Assembly (NCBI RefSeq): GCF_006345805.1
Contig: NC_043014.1
Location: forward strand, 39,494,001 to 39,558,000
Reading direction: 5' to 3'
DNA: 64,000 nucleotides
DNA from: Octopus sinensis
Lineage: Eukaryota
Part shown: positions 26,213 to 38,128 of the stretch, in pieces
Position numbering within the stretch: position 1 is the stretch's first letter
Layout: the number at the start of each line of letters is the position of its first letter
Position numbers and translations under genes: made by a program
The notes under the pieces: generated by a model
Databases searched by the model: none
What the model saw: only the letters and a program-made list of their open reading frames with translations
What the model was told of the DNA's origin: nothing

Positions 26213-28189
26213 TTAAATTAATGTAGAATAGACTACAGGGTGTAATAAATTCTCTCATATTTAGATTTATAAAAACTTAAAATTAATTCAGTTAGTTGTC
26301 TTTGGGAGTTTTATATAACTTTAAATATTTGTAGACTTTGGGATGAATTCAGGGGTCTGTTGGGAAAGGATTTTTGTTTTAAGCAAAGGGAAAGAAAATA
26401 AGGATAAATGGACATCTAAACAATGTAAATGTACTATGGGATGCTGGAAAGTTCCTGGTTTTGGATAAAAGAAAATATAGGAGAATCAGTTAATTATAAT
26501 TTTATTCAACATATTCCCCTCTCAGATTCACACACTTATTGCAGCAGTCATTCAGTTTTTCTAAGCCCTGTAAAAAGACTTGGAAGGCTTTGCTTCCAAC
26601 CAGGCCTTTTGTGATACCCTTAAAGCCCGGAACTTTTCAGCATGCCCTTCTATTTTTAAAAAAAAGTGGTATAACGATGGGAATTAGCATTGTCTCTACT
26701 CTAAGCATAAGAGCAGGAATTTTGAGGGAGCAGGCAAGTTGATTACATCAACCCTAATACTAGAGTAGTGCTTATTACTCAACGCTGAAAGGATGAAAGA
26801 CAAAGTTGACCTCAGTGGAATTTGAACTTTTAACACAAAAAGCCTGAAAATAAGAATTAATATTCCTTTCTACTATAGGCACAAGGTTTGACATTTTGAG
26901 GAAGGGAGCAAGTCAATTACATTGGCCCCAGTACTCAACTGGAACTTGTTTGATCAATCCTGAAAAGATGAAAGGCAAAGTCGACCTTGGCAGAATTTGA
27001 ACTCACAACACAAAGACAAACAAAATGCCATGAAGCATTTTGCCCAGCATGCTAATGATTCAGCCAGCTTGCCTCAATAAATTGAATTAATATTAGCTTC
27101 AAATTATGGCAAGAGTCCAGAAATTACATTGACCCCTGTGCTCAACAGGTACTTATTTTTATTGCCCTCAAAATGATGAAAGACAGTTGACCTTAGCAGA
27201 ATTTGAACTCAGAATGTAGAGACGGATGAAATGCCACTAAGCTTTTTGCCCAGCATGCTAACAATTCTGCCAGCTCACCACCTTACCATGGGAATTAATT
27301 TTTTTTCTTTTTCGCCCTTTTCAAGCCTAGCCAGGCTCTTGGGCCCAGTTCCCCTCCCTCAGCTGGACAGGACGCCAGTCCATCACAGCATTACTCAAGA
27401 AACATGAAGGAAGAGTGAGAGAAAGTTGGGGCGAAAGATTACAACAGGGGTCGCCACCACACCCTGCCGGAGTCTCATGGAGCTTTAGGTGTTTTCGCAC
27501 AATAAGCACACACAATGCCCGGTCTGGGAATCGAAACTACAATCCTCCGACCACGAGTTCGCTGCCCTAACCACTGGGCGATTGCGCCTCCACATGGGAA
27601 TTAATATTAAAGTTAAAATATGATGAATCAATAGATGAGAAATTGAAATATTAAAGGTTACAATCTAAAAATATTTCAACACGAGTCTAGAATAATTGTA
27701 ATTTTGGTTGAAGTAGAAGTAGTTTCAGGAAAAAGGAGAATAGCACCTTCAGTTAAAATATTCTACTTCAAATATTTTTTTTTTCTTAAAACTTGCAATG
27801 AGAAAAATCTTCATTGAATTTAAGGAAAGAAATAAAGAGGACATCGGTAGCCTGGACGCCTTGGTGTGGAAGCAGCAGGGTTGGTAGTTAGACACAAAAT
27901 TACAAAGGCATTTTCACAGACTCGCAATATTGCTTGCCGTCAGAATTCCAGCTCCACAGAGCCAGTCTAAGTTCTGTCCTGTCCGGTCTGAAGCCAGGGC
28001 TGAAGAGGATGAATGGGTGGTCAAACCTAGCTGCTGCTGATGATTGTGCATGCACATAAGGGGCTTCTGTCAGATCTCCGGAAAGCTCTAAGTCTATGCG
28101 CGTGCGTGGATGAATGTTCCACAATGGCGTCTTGAACCAGGCTTCACTACAAAGCTAAAGATATGTAAATAGATTATAACGAAGTAGAT

Positions 28190-28760
28190 TATCATCATCA
28201 TCATCATCATCATTTAACGTCCGTTTTCCATGCTAGCATGGGTTGGACGGTTCGACCAGGGTCTGGCAAGCCATGGAGGCTGCACCAAGCTCCAGTCTGA
28301 TTTGGCAGTGTTTCTACAGCTGGATGCCCTTCCTAACGCCAACCACTCCATGAGTGTAGTAGGTGTTTTTTATGTGCCACCGGCACAGGAGCCAGCGCAG
28401 GCTGGCAAACGGCCACGATCGGTTGGCGCTTTTACGTGTCACCGAGACGGATGCCAGTCAGGCGACGCTAGTAACCGCTACGCTCAAACGGTGCTTTTAC
28501 ATGTCACCAGCACTGGTGTCTTAACTACAATTACCATTCGAATTTTTGATGTTGACGAACTTGACTCAACAGGTCTCCTCAAGAACATCGGGTCACTCTA
28601 CGATCCAAGGTCAGCACAGCAGGCTGTCCTGCGAGCATGAACTCACTTCATTTGTCGGGTCTTCGAATCCTCACGTCCTTATCAATAATGTCCATCTTCC
28701 ATGCTTACATGAGTTTGCTGTTTGATGAGATCCAAAAAGCCAGAGGACAGCGTTAAGCTT
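28190..28760 (-). mobile_element. Family B long 3' fragment (subfamily variant)
   Basis: (CAT)n tail. Shares GACCTGTTGAG with the 19205 copy. Confidence 0.7.
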
Positions 28761-30538
28761 CAATGTCTGTTTTTGGCATGGTTTCTTGGTTTCTACAGCT
28801 GGATGCCCTTCCTAATGCCAACTATTTTACAAAATGTACTGGGTGTTTGTGAGGTTGCCAAGAAACTCACAAGACAAAGGGAAAAATCCTCGATTGAGTG
28901 GGGTTGTGGTAGAGAGGTAGGTGGCATTATTGTAGGTGTGGAGAAGTTAAAGTATGATAGAGGGACGGGCACAGGTGTCTTGCTATAGAGGAGATACATA
29001 ACTACTTTGAATATGAGTGGGTGGGATTAGCTTTAAAGTAATCTAAAGTATAAACTTCCATTGAAATTTCATATTGATTTAAGTTCCAAACATCAGTTTT
29101 GCATTTTGACACAAGGCCAGTAATTTGGGGAAGGGAGTTGATTACATTGGTCCCAGTGCTCAACTGGTACTTATTTTATCAACCACAAAAGGATGAAAGG
29201 CAATGCTGGCCTCGGCAGAATTTGAACTCAAAATGTAAAAATGGACAAAATACTGCTAGGCATTTTGCCCTGCATGCTAACAATTCTGCTAAGCTCACTG
29301 CCCTACATCAGTTTTATACTGACAATGTCATTTTACAAAAGAAATTTTCATTAATTTCGTAGGAGTGGCTGTGTGGTAAGTAGCTTGCTTACAAACCAGA
29401 TGGTTCCGGGTTCAGTCCCACTGCGTGGCACCTTGGGCAAGTGTCTTCTACTATAGCCTCGGGTTGACCAAAGCTGATAGAATAAGTACTAGGCTTACAA
29501 AGAATAAGTCCTGGGGTCGATTTGCTTGACTAAAGGTGGTGCTCCAGCATGGCCACAGTCAAATGACTGAAACAGGCAAAAGAGCAAAAAAGTATTAATC
29601 TCAAAATTAAGTGAAACAGAATCAGTGTATTTCGGTAAAAATTATAGTAGCTATAGAATTAGAGGCTGAAATTTAAGTAGAGAGTGTGTTGGAGAAAATC
29701 TTTGCTAATGTAATTTGAAAATGTGTTATTCAATCTAGAACAGAGTTGAAATTCAAGGATAGATGGTTTTAGAAAGTAAAAATAAATTAGTGCTCAGAGG
29801 AAATAGTTTAACTAAGATATTATATTAAAATGGAAATTAGCAGCCAATATTAATTAGGAAATTTAAGTTTAATGCATTACAAATAGATCTGGGACTATAA
29901 GTTTGATAGATAAAGTATTGTTTGGCAATATGTAGGTTATTTCTTTGTTGAGAGTGTCAGTAAGTTTTCATGTATTTGTTTACAACAAAAAGATATCTGT
30001 AAACTGTGTTTCTAGTGAACTGGTTCTTTAGTAGGATGGTTAAGCTCTTGTTTGTGCAGAAGTTACAATGCCTCTTATTACCAGTATATGACTAGGCCTT
30101 TCACACAATGTCATATTCACACTTTCTACTGTTTACCACTTTTAATCTCTCTCTCTCTCTCTCTCTCAACTTAATGATTCCACTTTGTTGTTTACTAACA
30201 ATTTATTTCAAGTTGGCTAAAGTGAATCTTACGTATGCATACAAAAAGCCCACCTTTTTATATTTTCCTTGTGGCTTTACAGATGCCAATATCATTTGTA
30301 ACAAATTTCTTGTGAAAAAAAATTTTTTTTGAAGACTACATGGGGTCATGACCCGAATTGAAACTTGCATTCACAAAATTTATCTTCTTGCCTAAGATAA
30401 TTAAAAATTAGTGGTTATGTGTTTAATAAGGAACAACACTACATCAATCAAGTCTTCTGCTAAAACTGTTGCTTTTGCAGCTGAATTCTGAAGAGAGAGA
30501 GAGAGAAAGATAAGGGAATGCAGAGAAGGTACTGATAG

Positions 30539-30572
<34 letters not shown>

Positions 30573-30890
30573 GGAAGTATGTAATAAAGGGAGACAGAAA
30601 GAGAATTAAAGAGAGCAAAGAGAAGGAAAAAGACAAATAGAAGTTAGAAAAATTTCAATGAGGAGCAAAATGAATGATAAAATAATAAAACAGAGATTCA
30701 GCACTGTACTGGCAGCAGAGAACAGAAATAGCTACATGCAAAAGAAAGAGAGGAGAAGATAAACATAAAAACAAACAAACTTCACCAATTCTGTGCATTG
30801 TGTGCTTGTGCACATACATATGTATACATATTTGTATGTATATGAATACATGCATATATAAGGAAACATGTATAAATGTATCTATTCATC

Positions 30891-30938
<48 letters not shown>

Positions 30939-31267
30939 TTCTAAATAAGGATAATATCGTTATTTAAATATCAATATTATCAAGTGGCCAGCATGGGAAT
31001 AAATACCATACATACAAAGGTAATAATTTTTTACAACTATAAATAAGGGTATCTGAGAGACACCACCATGCCGAAATAGCAGTCAAATCCCTGACTCTAA
31101 AAACCACCTAAAATGTTCATATCGCACCATGAGATAAGACAGAGAGACAAAATAAACTAGCAATATCCATTATGTATATATATATGAATACATTTATATG
31201 TATTCACACATAAATATATATATATACACACACACATGTATACATGTATGCACATACACACACATAC

Positions 31268-31298
<31 letters not shown>

Positions 31299-33205
31299 CT
31301 TGCATCTTTATACATGTGAGTTTTATTTATGTAGAACACTTTATGAATAGTTAGTTTATTTTTGATATTCTAACAGATATAATATCATATGTATGTATAT
31401 TGTGGTGTATTTGTTTTTGCATTGCTCTGTGCCTTGGTCCACTGGTTTGTTTACATAACCATCATCGATTAGTGTTTCTTTTAGTCTGAAGATTTCTTTA
31501 TATAATGTTTTGTTTGACATCACTATCATCATCATCGTCATCAATCTCTGGACATTGCTGTCTTGAGTCTCAGTAATCACAGGGCCAGTTATAAAGTATC
31601 CACAAGATCACAACCAGGGCTGGATTAAGACCCATAGAGGCTCTAAGCACTAAAACAATTTTGGTATCACCATGTAATATGTAATTCAAAATATACAAAA
31701 ATAGTAATAAAATAAGTTTTTATTTCTCAAAATGAAACAAAACTAACAGTAAGATGGAAAATAATGCTTATTTTTGTATACTTCCAGTTTATTTATATTT
31801 CGAAAAGTTCTCTTTTCCCTTCTTTTAATTGCAAAGTCTTTGATCAAATCCTCACTTTGACACCATCAACACTATGAAATGATATTTCCTATCATATAAA
31901 CCATTGTTTTAGCAAGTTTAAAGTGATCTCTTTTGTGCCATAAACCATTTACCATTTCTGTTGTGCCTCCCCCTACTTCCCTTGACATCCTATGTATGTG
32001 CTTATTTTGCTTCCTGGTTAATCCAGTGCTGACCACAACAACAACGGTATTACCCTGGAGAGTCTTCGGTGGGTAAGACAATGAAAAAAGGTTAAGAGCC
32101 ACTGCATTAAGATGACCTGGTAGCCTTTAACAGTCAGAGCTGTGATATCATAGCAGATAGCTTCACAATAGGTAGGTGTGTCTTTGAAAAAACAAATATA
32201 GATATGTAGTGCACGAACATGCATTTCCCAGTAAATGGATACTGTCTGGGAGGAGAGCGGTGGCGTGTGTAGCGTTGGATGAAATTAATGTGATTTGATG
32301 GTGGGAAATTTTAACCCTAGGAAGTGATAACAGAAGTTAATTGGAGATTAGTGACGCAAAGTGTTACAAGACATAAAAAAGTTTGATGAGGTTTGAATGT
32401 GAAATTAAAATTGGTGACAGGAAGTGAACTGTAGTTTTAAGACATGTTTAAAAAAAATGTTTTTTTTTTAAAATTAGAAATAGGCAAAGGACGATATAAA
32501 CCGAAGTAATTGGAACTGACCTAAAAGAAAAGTTCACTAAGAGCAAAAAAACAACTTTGAATAATAGATTATCAGGTTCTCTTAGGATTGCAACAAAAAT
32601 TTGTTAAGCCATCATGAAATAAACTGGTTAAAATTTAATTTGGATATGAATATCATCAGAAATATTTTTCACATTATTTAAGGTTAAATGGACTATTCTA
32701 TCGGTCTCTTTTGCCGAACCGCTAAGTTAGGGAACGTAAACACATCAGCATCGGTTGTCAAGCGATGTTGGGGGCACAAATATTTTATTCATTTTTTTTT
32801 ACTTATTTCAATCCCAGGACTTATTCTTTGTAAGCCTAGTACTTATTCTATCGATTTCTTTTGCCGAACCGCTAAGTTAGGGAACGTAAACACATCAGCA
32901 TCGGTTGTCAAGCGATGTTGGGGGCACAAATATTTTATTCATTTTTTTTTACTTATTTCATGGACTGAGGCCATGCTGGAGCACTACCTTGAAGTTCTTA
33001 GTTAAATAAATCGACCCCAGTACATTTCTTTTTTCTTTTCTTTTTAAAGTCTGGTACCTACCTATTCTATCAGTCACTTTTGCTGAATTGCTAAGTTACA
33101 GGAACATAAACAAACCAACAAGGGTAGTCAACCAATGGTGAACATAAACACAAAAAAACACACACGTATGTGCACACACACACATAAATATATACTTTTT
33201 TTATG

Positions 33206-33465
33206 GGGATGTAAACACACCAGTATCAGTTGTCAGGTAAAACACAGACACACAAACATATATACACACACACACACATATATAGATATATATACATATA
33301 TACGACAGGCTTCTTTCAGTTTCCGTCTACCAAATCCACTCACAAGGCTTTGGTCGGCTCGAGGCTATAGTAGAAGACACTTGCCCAAGGTGCCATGCAG
33401 TGGGACTGAACCCGGAACCATGTGGTTCGTAAGCAAGCTACTTACCACACAGCCACTCCTACGCA
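33206..33465 (-). mobile_element. SINE family A 5' part, downstream of the ATG exon
   Basis: Homology to family A. Confidence 0.85.
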
Positions 33466-33571
33466 TGTTGAAGCTATGAGACAATGCATGATAAATTCAA
33501 ATCAATAAGAAAAATTAAACTTTACATTTGAGAGAGTAATCTGAATGCGAAAGGGATAAAGATCAACTTAC

Positions 33572-33842
33572 CTGCACAGAGGTAGGTACCAGCTAGTACA
33601 GATCCTATTAAAGAGGTCTTGCTTCTTGATTCATTGAAATAGGTGACAAATTCATCAAGGAAAACACCAAAAGAGTAAGCAACTCCGTCAACAATAACAT
33701 TGCTGAGGAGAGAAGCAAATACAATGACCCATCCCCACCCACCATCCGGTGGCGTTGGAATAAATGCATCGACGTAATCATCATGCTGGATTTCAACTGG
33801 AGGTTTCGATAAATTTTGATTTTTCTTAGAGTTCTTCCCCAT
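33572..33842 (-). CDS. SLC16/monocarboxylate transporter-like, first coding exon (N-terminus, TM1-TM2)
   Basis: MGKNSKK...PTPPDGGWGWVIVFASLLSNVIVDGVAYSFGVFLDEF...SKTSLIGSVLAGTYLCAG contains the PPDGGWGW signature of SLC16. Donor GCAG|GTAAGT at 33571-33570 (phase 1). In-frame TGA lies upstream of the ATG. Confidence 0.95.
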
Positions 33843-34017
33843 ATTTGAACTTTCTTCACAATCTCGTCATGTGAAATACAAATAATGTAGAAACAGCTTT
33901 TACTTCGAAGTGATTAACCACGACGCCAGTTGACAAAAAGTCTAGCTTTAAAAAAATTGAACTTTTATGTGCCAGGGAAGTGTGCTATCGAATTCACTTG
34001 ACCACACAGTCTTTTAT
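33843..34017 (-). other. 5'UTR portion of the ATG-containing exon (exon 33572-34017)
   Basis: Strong acceptor on the minus strand: long poly-T plus CAG (plus-strand ctg followed by poly-A at 34018-34039). The sequence between it and the ATG is non-repetitive. Implies a further upstream exon that was not located. Confidence 0.7.
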
Positions 34018-34099
34018 CTGAAAAAAAAAAAAAAAAAATGTAAGAAATAAAATACAGACACTAACAAAAAAAAGCAACAACAACAACAACAATAAGAAT

Positions 34100-34395
34100 C
34101 TTGGGCATCTTGGGCAAGTGTCTTCTGCTATAGCCCCGGGCCGACCAAAGCCTTGTGAGTGGATTTGGTAGACGGAAACTGAAAGAAGCCTGTCGTATAT
34201 ATGTATATGTGTGTGTCTGTGTGTCTGTGTTTGTCCCCCTAGCATTGCTTGACAACCGATGCTGGTGTGTTTACGTCCCCGTCACTTAGCGGTTCGGCAA
34301 AAAGAGACCGATAGAATAAGTACTAAAAGGTGGTGCTCCAGCATGGCCACAGTCAAATGACTGAAACAAGTAAAAGAGTAAAGAGTAAAGAGTAA
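34100..34395 (+). mobile_element. SINE family A (5'-truncated), upstream of the ATG exon
   Basis: Homology to family A. Inverted relative to 33206-33465. Confidence 0.85.
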
Positions 34396-34874
34396 TTGTT
34401 TCAAATTTTGGCGCAAGGCCAGCAATTTTTGGGGAGGGAATAAGTTGATTATATCGATCCCAGTGATCCACTGGTACTTATTTTATTGACCCTGAAAGTA
34501 CGAAAGGTGAGGAAAGGAGTAAGTCAACTACATAGACCCCAATGTTCAACTGTGGGTGGAGGACAACAAGAGAGAGAGAGCAGAAGAGAGATGGTAGAAA
34601 GGTAATGTTGACCTCAGCAGAATTTGAACTCAGAATGTAAAGACGGATGAAATACCACTAAGCATTTTGTCCATTGTACTAGTGATTCTGAGTAGTAGTC
34701 ATAATAATAATAATAGATGATGATGATTTGAAATTTTGTGATTAACCCATTAGCATCTAATCTGGCCAATCTGAATGCTAAAGAGTTGTTATTGTTATTA
34801 TTATTATTATTATTATTATATTAATATTAATATTAATATTAATAATAATAATAATAACAATAATAATAATAAAA

Positions 34875-34905
<31 letters not shown>

Positions 34906-34907
34906 TT

Positions 34908-37277
34908 AGCTGCTCAATGGAATTTTGAGAGACCCAAAGAAAACACCTGAATGGTTAGCAAGTGGCATTACTTACCTACTCCCAAAGAATAACGAAACCA
35001 ACCTTCCAAAAAACTATCGGCCTATAACCTGTCTATCCACCACGTATAAAATCCTAACATCTATCCTGGCGGAGAAAACATATGCATTCATGGAGAAGAA
35101 CGATATTTTCCCCATTGAACAAAAAGGGTGCCGCCGAGGCTCTTACGGATGCAAAGATCAACTGCTAATCAATCGTATGATCCTGAGAACTGTCACAACA
35201 AGCGCAGAAATCTCAGCACCGCATGGATTGACTATAAAAAGGCCTTCGACAGTATAACCGCATCCATGGATCTTGAGATCGTTGGACATCTTTAAAATTT
35301 CCCCTGTGATTTCAAACTTCCTGAAGCACAATATGTCGTTGTGGAATACGAATCTCCAATTATACCACTCTAATGGAGTACTTGCCTCAGAAAATATAAA
35401 CATCAACTGTGGAATTTTTCAAGGTGACTCACTTTCACCTTTAATATTCTGCATAGCCCTAATACCCCTTACAAGTGAATTAAACAGAACAGGGTATGGG
35501 TATAAAATTGCCAATAAAAAAATAAGCCATCTATTTTATATGGATGACTTAAAACTTTATGGTAAAGACAATAATGAACTTGAAGGCCTATTGCGCACCG
35601 TGAAAGCATTCAGCGATGACATCGGGATGGAGTTTGGACTTGAGAAGTGTGCCAAGGCCACTTTCCAGAAAGGGAAAGTGAAGACCACAATTCAGTCGTG
35701 TTAGATGTTGACACAGTCATAAGAGAGCTTGAGCAAGAACAGACATACAAATATTTAGGGATAAATGAAGGCTCTGGTATTCAGCATGCAAGCATGAAAG
35801 AGAAAATCAGGAAGGAATGTTATAGGAGAGTTCGTGCAGTCCTGAAATCTGAACTAAATGCACGTAACAAGGTGTTAGCTATAAATTCCTTAGCAGTTCC
35901 AGTTGTTACTTATAGCTACAATGTGTTGAACTGGAATATGAGTGAAGTAAGAATATAGATAGAAAAATACGCAAGCTGCTGAGTTGTAATAGGATGCACC
36001 ACCCAAAGGCAGACGTAGATCGCCTTTACCTTCCCAGAGTCCAAGGAGGTCGAGGCCTGATCCAATTTGAACTAGCTTACAAAACAACCACAATTGGACT
36101 GGCCAAATATCTCGAAATATCGAATGACTGGATGCTAAAGCTCGTGGAAAATCACGAGAGACGAAAGAAGCTTCATTCTATCATCAAGGAAAGCAAAAAA
36201 TTTGCTATTGATCTCGTGCAGGATACCCAAACTGAACAACCCGAGGGAAGTACGGCAACTATTGTTGCAAAGAAGGTGAAAATGATGGCAATGAAAAAAG
36301 CGCACGAGCAATTGGCTGATAGGTGGGAGGAGAAACCTCTGCACGGCAAATATGTGACCCACAGCAAACAAGCTGATGTTGACCAGAAGCAAACCCATCA
36401 GTGGCTGCGGAGCTCAGGGCTAAAAGCAGAGAGCGAAGGTTTCATCCTGGCTGCTCAAGACCAAAGCCTATTAACCCGGAACTACCAGGCCAATGTGATG
36501 AAAAATGGAGCAGACCCAAAATGCCGATTCTGCAACGACATGATTGAAACAGTGGACCACCTAATCTCTGGATGTAAAGTCTTAGCACCAGTGGAGTATA
36601 AATTAAGACATGACAGAGTTGGCCAATATCTCCACTGGCTAATAAGTCAGCATTACAATATCAAAACTGCCGACAAGTGGTATAATCACCACCCTGAGGC
36701 TGTAACTGAAGGAGAAAATGTAACCATTCTGTGGGACTTTCCAGTACATACAGACCGAACCATCAAGGCCAATAAACCAGATATTGTTGTGAAAGACCAA
36801 AACAATAAAGTTTGCTTATTGATCGACATGAGCATCCCCTGTGATCATAATATCTCAGCGAAAGAGTTTGACAAGCTCAGAAAATATAAAGACCTACTCA
36901 TTGAAATTGAGAAAATGTGGCATCTCAAGGCGGTTACAATACCAGTGATCGTAGGAGCACTAGGAATGATCAAGAAGGGAACCGAAAATTATATGAGAAT
37001 GATCCCTGGCTTACCATCCCTGCAAGAAGTGCAACAGATTGTCTTAACTGGTACATCACACGTATTGAGAAGAGCATTGTCGATGTGAGAACTGTTGCTG
37101 CTCATGTATTTTAATTTAACTTTAAAAAAAAAATAAAAAATAAAAAATAAAAAAAAATGAACGAACTACTGAGTTTGCTTTAATGGCCTACCAATATACA
37201 CTATGAGTTTCTTTGCCCTAGGAGTCGGGAAGACACTCGGCAAGAAATGGAAGAAAATTTGAAAGAAGAAAAAAAAA

Positions 37278-37278
<1 letters not shown>
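34908..37278 (+). mobile_element. 5'-truncated R4/Dong-clade non-LTR retrotransposon (RT plus CCHC plus RLE endonuclease)
   Basis: RT motifs YRPITCL, QKGC..GS.GCKDQL, WIDYKKAFDS, GIFQGDSLSPL, YMDD, FGLEKC, YKYLG. Then CRFC..ETVDHLISGC, RHD and PDIVVKD...IDMSIP...KE.DK..KY (PD-(D/E)xK). About 190-nt 3'UTR. Flanked on both sides by (TAA)n, the known Dong target. Four 1-nt frameshifts. Confidence 0.93.
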
Positions 37279-37312
<34 letters not shown>

Positions 37313-37313
<1 letters not shown>

Positions 37314-37888
37314 CCCTGATGCAGTACCAGGCAACGGCTCTCATGGCTTCTGATCTTAACTGACTGGAAGTGTTATCATATACATTGTTTTGTCTTGGTA
37401 TAAAAGATGGTCTATAGCAAATATTCTGCTTAATGCCACAGATTTGCTTGTCAGTTGTTTGACCGTAACCAGTTGAGCATGTCCCTTAGTTGCTGACGAT
37501 ATGTGCATCTCTGATCACGAGCAGAAGTAGTGGGGGAGCATCATAGCCATGTGTTGAGAGGGATTCTTTTGGGTTTGAATGATTCACCTCTGGAAACATG
37601 GGTGTTTTGTTCAACATCCTTAAACAACCCTTAATCACGGACCTTTTGAGTGGGATGGGTTACCCAACCAGGAGAAAATTCTAACTGGGCCCCACCCGCA
37701 AGGTCATGTGCTGTTTATCTTGTTATGAGATCACCATGTCATGCATATATGGTTGTGATGCCTGTGCCTGGCGTACCCTTATCGACGGGTAGTCATGATG
37801 GGTATACTGGGCTTCGTTATATTTGTACCCCAATGTCACTTTGATGGCATGCACTGCTCTCTCACTCAATAATAATAATAATAATAAT
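37313..37888 (+). mobile_element. ~555-bp non-coding interspersed element with (AAT)n tail (family E)
   Basis: Co-linear homolog at 9606-10155. Both end ...GCACTGCTCTCTCACTC(AAT)n. No ORF and no evident tRNA head. Confidence 0.8.
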
Positions 37889-38095
37889 CCTTTCTACTAT
37901 AGGCACAGGGCCAGAAATTTGGGGGAGGGGGATAGTCGATTACATTGAACCCAGTGCGCAACTGGTACTTATTTTATTGACTCCAAAAGGCAAAAATTAC
38001 CCCAGCACCATTTGAACTCAGAATGGGAAGTGGGATGAAATACTACTAAACTTTTTGCCCGGCATGCTAACGATTCTGCCAGCTCACCACGTTGT

Positions 38096-38128
<33 letters not shown>

